64,000 bases of DNA, taken from NCBI GenBank assembly GCA_035084275.1, contig CM068767.1, positions 5,766,001 through 5,830,000 of the forward strand, in the 5' to 3' direction. Positions 60,801 through 64,000 of this stretch are shown here, one piece after another. Position 1 is the first letter of the stretch; every line of letters begins with the position of its first letter. The notes under the pieces are model-generated. The model made no database searches. It was given only the letters and a program-made list of their open reading frames with translations, and was not told the origin of the DNA. Source of the stretch: Hydrolagus colliei. Its lineage: Eukaryota. A program made the position numbers and the translations under genes.

Positions 60801-62999
60801 GTGGACATCAAGGTCTACCCAGAAGAAGAAGTTGTGGTCTACGCTCCCAGATACCTCCAGAGGCTCAAGTATATACTCCCCAAGTACTCCAAAAGGTAAG
60901 GGCATTCATTAGAACCTACAAAGCCTTGTTTAGAGATGTGCTGAGATGTTCTGATGTGAAAGCTGTACTGATGTGAAAGATCTCTTCTCAGCCTCGCACA
61001 TAAAACCGTCAGATATCAGATAATTTATTGGCATGAGATATTTTACTATTAGACATGATTAGGAAAGAGAAGGGAGTTTCTACTGGCAGAAAGCACCCTA
61101 TGTTCTGTTCATGCCTTGTTTCCCCCCCACATCCCTAGTGATTCTGACGCTATCACTGATGCTTTTCCAGCACTGTACAGAATTATCTCGTCTGGCGACT
61201 GGTGATAGAACGGGTCAGCAATCTCAGCAGACGTTTCAAAGATGCCCGAGCCAACTACCGAAAGGTTTGAAACCCTGTCTTGTCTTTCGCGAGCGTGGGG
61301 TAGAGAGGGGCTCTGGCCTCTGGGGTGACTGTGCGTTCGGGCTTGTGGGGGGGAGTGGGGGTGGTGGTGGGAGGTGGGGGGATGATGTCTTAATGAAACA
61401 GATGGCGCATGGGTTAGGCCTGTGCTGACTTGCGGCTGACCTTGGGCAAGTTTCCTTACTCCCCACACACACCTAATAATAATCCGTCCAAAAAATACTC
61501 ACAATAATAAATATTGGTCATTTTCAATCCACGACTGTGTTTGTGTGGGGGAATGCTGCTGCGCGCAATTAGCTGCCACAAATATATACAGTCCATTCGC
61601 TTTTACAGTAGATTCCGTGAGGCACTTTGAGACATCGATGGGGATGCAAAAAGCAATGGGATTATTATTATTGATTGGTTGACCTCTCGTCGACTCAGGC
61701 GCTGTTTGGCACCACCGTGGAGGAGGCCCATTGGCGCGAGTGCACCAGCTACATCAACAGCAACATGGAGAGCGCGGTGGGCTCACTTTACGTGAAGGAG
61801 ACGTTTGTGGGAGACAGCAAGAGAATGGTAAAGGGCGTCTCGTCGAGGGCAGGGCTTCAGGCTGAAAAAACGTGCCCTTTGGCAATCGAGTCCCAGTTCA
61901 GTCCACATGCCTGACAATAATCCACCCATCACCCACCCCAAACCCCCCCCCCCCACAATAGAATAAAAATTGGTCATTTTCAATCCACGACTGTTCGTGG
62001 GTTCGACGCTGCTGTGCGCAATTGGCTGCCGCGTTTCGCCCACAAATGTACAGTCAATTTACGTTACAGTATATTCTGTAAATAGGAGGGTGTCTCCTAT
62101 TGTCAACGCATTGTACTGAATACGTTCTCCCCCCCACCTCCCACTCCCCCTCCCCACCCGTCCGTCCCCTTTTTATTAGGTCAAGGATCTGATCGATAAG
62201 ATCCGAGAGGTGTTTATTGAAGCGTTGGATGAGCTGCAGTGGATGGACGAGACTTCCAAGGAAAAAGCAAAGGAGAAGGTTTGCTCTAGTTAACTTTGTT
62301 CGCCCGTATTTAACGATTGAGTGTTTTGGTTACCGGTCTGTTGCACTCTCCCCTTCGGCTTGGCTGGCAACAACAACAACAACTTGGATTTATATAATGC
62401 CCTCCCTCACTCCACGCCTGACGGCGTCTCAGACAGCTTCCCAACAACGGATCCGGGGCAGGGCCGAGCCAATGGGGAGTTGTGGGGGGTGGGATAAGGT
62501 GACCGAGACACGCGGTCGAAAAGAAAGGTCTTCAGCCGAGATCTGAAAATAGGAAGAGAAAGAGGGTGGAGGGAGCGAGGCAAAGGGAGTGAGGGAGAGT
62601 GAGTTCCAGAGCCTTGGAGTCTAATGGGTCCCAAGCCCCAAAGCCTGAACTCCCTGTTCAGGGGATAATCCAGTGTGATAGCAGAAAGAAAAGGGGGAGG
62701 TTGTGGTATTCGAGGGTGGGGAGTTGGTGGGGGGGGCTGGGGGTTGGGTAGAGCTGCATTGATAAACGTGCCATTCTTCAGATGAAAGTCAGTTAAGCAA
62801 GTTCCTATTGGTGCCTGTTCAAGTAGATGTTAAAATTATAAAAAGAGAAGAGAGTTTTCTCCTGTTGTCCTGACTGACAATTCCCCCCTCGCTCTTGTGT
62901 TGCTCATCGACTAAGGCCCTGGCCATCAATGAACAGATTGGATATCCAGACTACATCCTGGAGGAGGGTAATCCCAGACTGGACCAGGAATACGCACAC
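51671..62999 (+). CDS. MMEL1: Membrane metallo-endopeptidase-like 1 (neprilysin-2, M13 family); partial, the HExxH catalytic exons lie beyond the window
   Basis: Fourteen GT-AG exons (154,60,162,81,96,119,66,135,90,137,94,129,99,84 nt) join in frame. The product has a type II signal-anchor, [19 protein letters not shown] and [25 protein letters not shown] and the position next to TTC34 favour MMEL1 over MME. Confidence 0.93.
52078..52380 (-). mobile_element. Same SINE family, near full length
   Basis: Reverse core, tail and most of the head. Confidence 0.88.
54088..54380 (+). mobile_element. Same SINE family, full length with small deletions
   Basis: Head, core and tail present. Confidence 0.88.
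54932..55220 (-). mobile_element. Same SINE family, near full length
   Basis: Reverse tail, core and B box. Confidence 0.85.
55284..55343 (+). CDS. MMEL1: MMEL1 coding exon ([10 protein letters not shown])
   Basis: ccctcag|GC ... G|gtcagt; conserved M13 CTTxGC motif. Confidence 0.9.
55375..55780 (-). mobile_element. Old L2 3' fragment (antisense)
   Basis: Begins caacaacaacttgcatttgtaaagtgccc (reverse tail); contains the reverse of the HW codons (ccccagtggaa). Confidence 0.6.
55860..56220 (-). mobile_element. Same SINE family, full length
   Basis: Reverse head, core and tail. Confidence 0.9.
56286..56447 (+). CDS. MMEL1: MMEL1 coding exon (AARIIQNMD...EIILK)
   Basis: cgcag|CT ... G|gtaacg; [13 protein letters not shown]. 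Confidence 0.95.
56669..56749 (+). CDS. MMEL1: MMEL1 coding exon (VLERPDD...YKSCLNE)
   Basis: ttttag|GC ... A|gtaagt. Confidence 0.93.
57770..57865 (+). CDS. MMEL1: MMEL1 coding exon ([10 protein letters not shown]...GDWPVA)
   Basis: ccacag|GT ... G|gtaaag. Confidence 0.93.
58229..58347 (+). CDS. MMEL1: MMEL1 coding exon (PEWSLE...RYTIY)
   Basis: ccccag|AT ... TAT|gtaaga. Confidence 0.93.
58820..59030 (+). mobile_element. Same SINE family, internally deleted
   Basis: Head joined directly to core; shortened tail. Confidence 0.82.
59067..59132 (+). CDS. MMEL1: MMEL1 coding exon ([15 protein letters not shown])
   Basis: ttccag|GTC ... AAG|gtgaag. Confidence 0.93.
59140..59585 (+). mobile_element. 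L2 LINE 3' fragment filling most of an MMEL1 intron
   Basis: [37 protein letters not shown]; ends aaagcgctatgcaaatgtaa. Confidence 0.85.
59630..59764 (+). CDS. MMEL1: MMEL1 coding exon (VRDAYLQFM...EIEIAN)
   Basis: gcaag|GTG ... AAC|gtgagt. Confidence 0.93.
59982..60319 (+). mobile_element. Same SINE family, full length
   Basis: Head, core and tail present. Confidence 0.9.
60382..60471 (+). CDS. MMEL1: MMEL1 coding exon ([11 protein letters not shown]...KFDLN)
   Basis: ctcaaag|GCA ... AAT|gtgagt. Confidence 0.92.
60759..60895 (+). CDS. MMEL1: MMEL1 coding exon (GFNWTKFIQ...EEVVVY)
   Basis: tctcag|GGG ... AG|gtaagg. Confidence 0.93.
61171..61264 (+). CDS. MMEL1: MMEL1 coding exon ([11 protein letters not shown]...NYRK)
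   Basis: tttccag|C ... AAG|gtttga. Confidence 0.93.
61435..61675 (+). mobile_element. Same SINE family, 5'-truncated; another partial copy lies at about 61910-62085
   Basis: Linker, core and tail present. Confidence 0.82.
61699..61827 (+). CDS. MMEL1: MMEL1 coding exon ([21 protein letters not shown])
   Basis: actcag|GCG ... ATG|gtaaag. Confidence 0.94.
62180..62278 (+). CDS. MMEL1: MMEL1 coding exon (VKDLIDKIR...[13 protein letters not shown])
   Basis: tattag|GTC ... AAG|gtttgc. Confidence 0.94.
62368..62650 (-). mobile_element. L2 3' fragment (antisense)
   Basis: Reverse tail (caa)n..tatataatgccctcc..acggcgtctcaga; the minus-strand peptide [13 protein letters not shown] is typical of L2 ORF2 ends. 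Confidence 0.75.
62916..62999 (+). CDS. MMEL1: MMEL1 coding exon ([14 protein letters not shown]...EYAH)
   Basis: ctaag|GCC ... CAC|gtgagt. Confidence 0.93.
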
Positions 63000-63185
63000 G
63001 TGAGTAACACACATGAACTGATGGAACACGTTGGGTGGGCTGAATGGGCTGTTCCTGTTCCAAATGAAGATCTTTGGACCTGATCTAGAATTAACACAGG
63101 ATTTCATTCACCTCAAAGTTAGCTCCACATAGTTGCAGGAGAAATGTCCATGTCACAAGACTCTTAGGGCCTCAAGACATTCGAA

Positions 63186-63305
63186 ACAAAAACAGAAGTT
63201 GCTGGGAAAACTCAGCAGGTCAGGCAGCATCCATGGAGAAAGGAAAGTGTGAGTCAACGTTTCGGGTCCACGACAACTTCGTCAGAACTGGACATTTTTT
63301 CTGTT
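63186..63305 (-). mobile_element. Penelope-type/retrozyme-like short repeat carrying a hammerhead-like motif
   Basis: aaaacagaagttgctgggaaaactcagcaggtcaggcagcatccatggag..gagtcaacgtttcgggtc..tcgtcagaact; the minus strand reads CTGACGA..GAAACGTT. Confidence 0.65.
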
Positions 63306-63784
63306 CGCTTCAAAATCTCGCCTCTCTCTCTCACTCTCTCTCATCCTCGTTTGGTGTTAACCTGTTTAGCCCCGATATTGAAGTCGCAGTAACATCACAA
63401 CGGCCAAGGATTAAGTAGTAAGGGGCGATTGCCTTAAGACTTCGAGTCTTGTAAAGCAGAGATGATTAGCAAGCGCACAATTCACCTGGTTTAATCCTTT
63501 ATGTGGCTTGCTGTTGCTGAGATTAGTTGCCCTAGTAACAGCCCGACTGCAACATTAACCTGCGGACCTTCAGAGTTAAGGTTGAATTCGGCACTTTACC
63601 GCGTCCTGGGGTCTCCGAAATGCGAGATGATCAGAGTGAATGAATCTAGACCCGCTGAGAATTCATCCCAATCCACTGGCCTACTTGATAACTGCACGCT
63701 TTTCTTGCAAACGGCCGATTCCCAATAACAAAAACGGCCGTTTCTACACGATCGTCTCCCAAAGCATTAGAGCTTGCTGTTCAT

Positions 63785-63828
63785 GGGAGTCCCATAGCTC
63801 AGTGGTTAGATAGAGCGTTTGCCTTGCA

Positions 63829-63859
<31 letters not shown>

Positions 63860-64000
63860 CCCAGGTTTGATTCCCGTGCAGGTCAGGGCGAAACCTTGGG
63901 GAATTTTCCTTACTCTCCACACATACACGTCCGATAAATTATCCCTCAAATAAAAATATCAATTTAATCACTCGCTCCACCGCGAGTGTTTGGGGGGACG
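63785..64000 (+). mobile_element. Same SINE family, runs off the window; (AG)n expansion inside the anticodon-arm region
   Basis: gggagtcccatagctcagtggttaga..gccttgcaagc(ga)n cccaggtttgattccc. Confidence 0.85.

Noticed and set aside
517-64000. Recurring roughly 300-bp motif as a CRISPR-like or regular array
   Set aside because: Copies are dispersed, in both orientations, irregularly spaced and end in (ATT)n tails, which is typical of SINE retroposition in a vertebrate genome.

Overview
Vertebrate genomic DNA, most likely from a cartilaginous fish such as a chimaera or elephant shark. This is inferred from the dense Deu-domain tRNA-SINEs, shark-type CR1 and L2 LINE tails, and a shark-type hammerhead-bearing repeat. 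Three protein-coding genes lie on the + strand. (1) An intronless 464-aa ORF (22112-23506) encodes four Ig domains (V-C-V-C) of the B7/CD276 type and has no transmembrane segment. (2) TTC34 has 7 coding exons (27083-39575) that splice in frame to 998 aa; its 5' end is uncertain. (3) MMEL1 (neprilysin-2) has 14 coding exons (51671-62999; 502 codons) and continues past the window end. The TTC34-MMEL1 order matches human 1p36. The rest is intronic or intergenic, with roughly 50 full or partial copies of one tRNA/Deu/L2-tail SINE, L2 and CR1 fragments, microsatellites, G/C homopolymer tracts, two N gaps and several unassigned CpG-rich or TAAT-rich unique segments. Most notable: the single-exon, putatively secreted four-Ig B7-like gene; a hammerhead-ribozyme-like motif; an L2 flanked by a 105-bp direct repeat; and an identical short L2 tail inserted twice at the same palindromic site of related elements. 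Repeat boundaries were read by eye and are approximate. No database searches were run, and homology calls rest on recalled family sequences.
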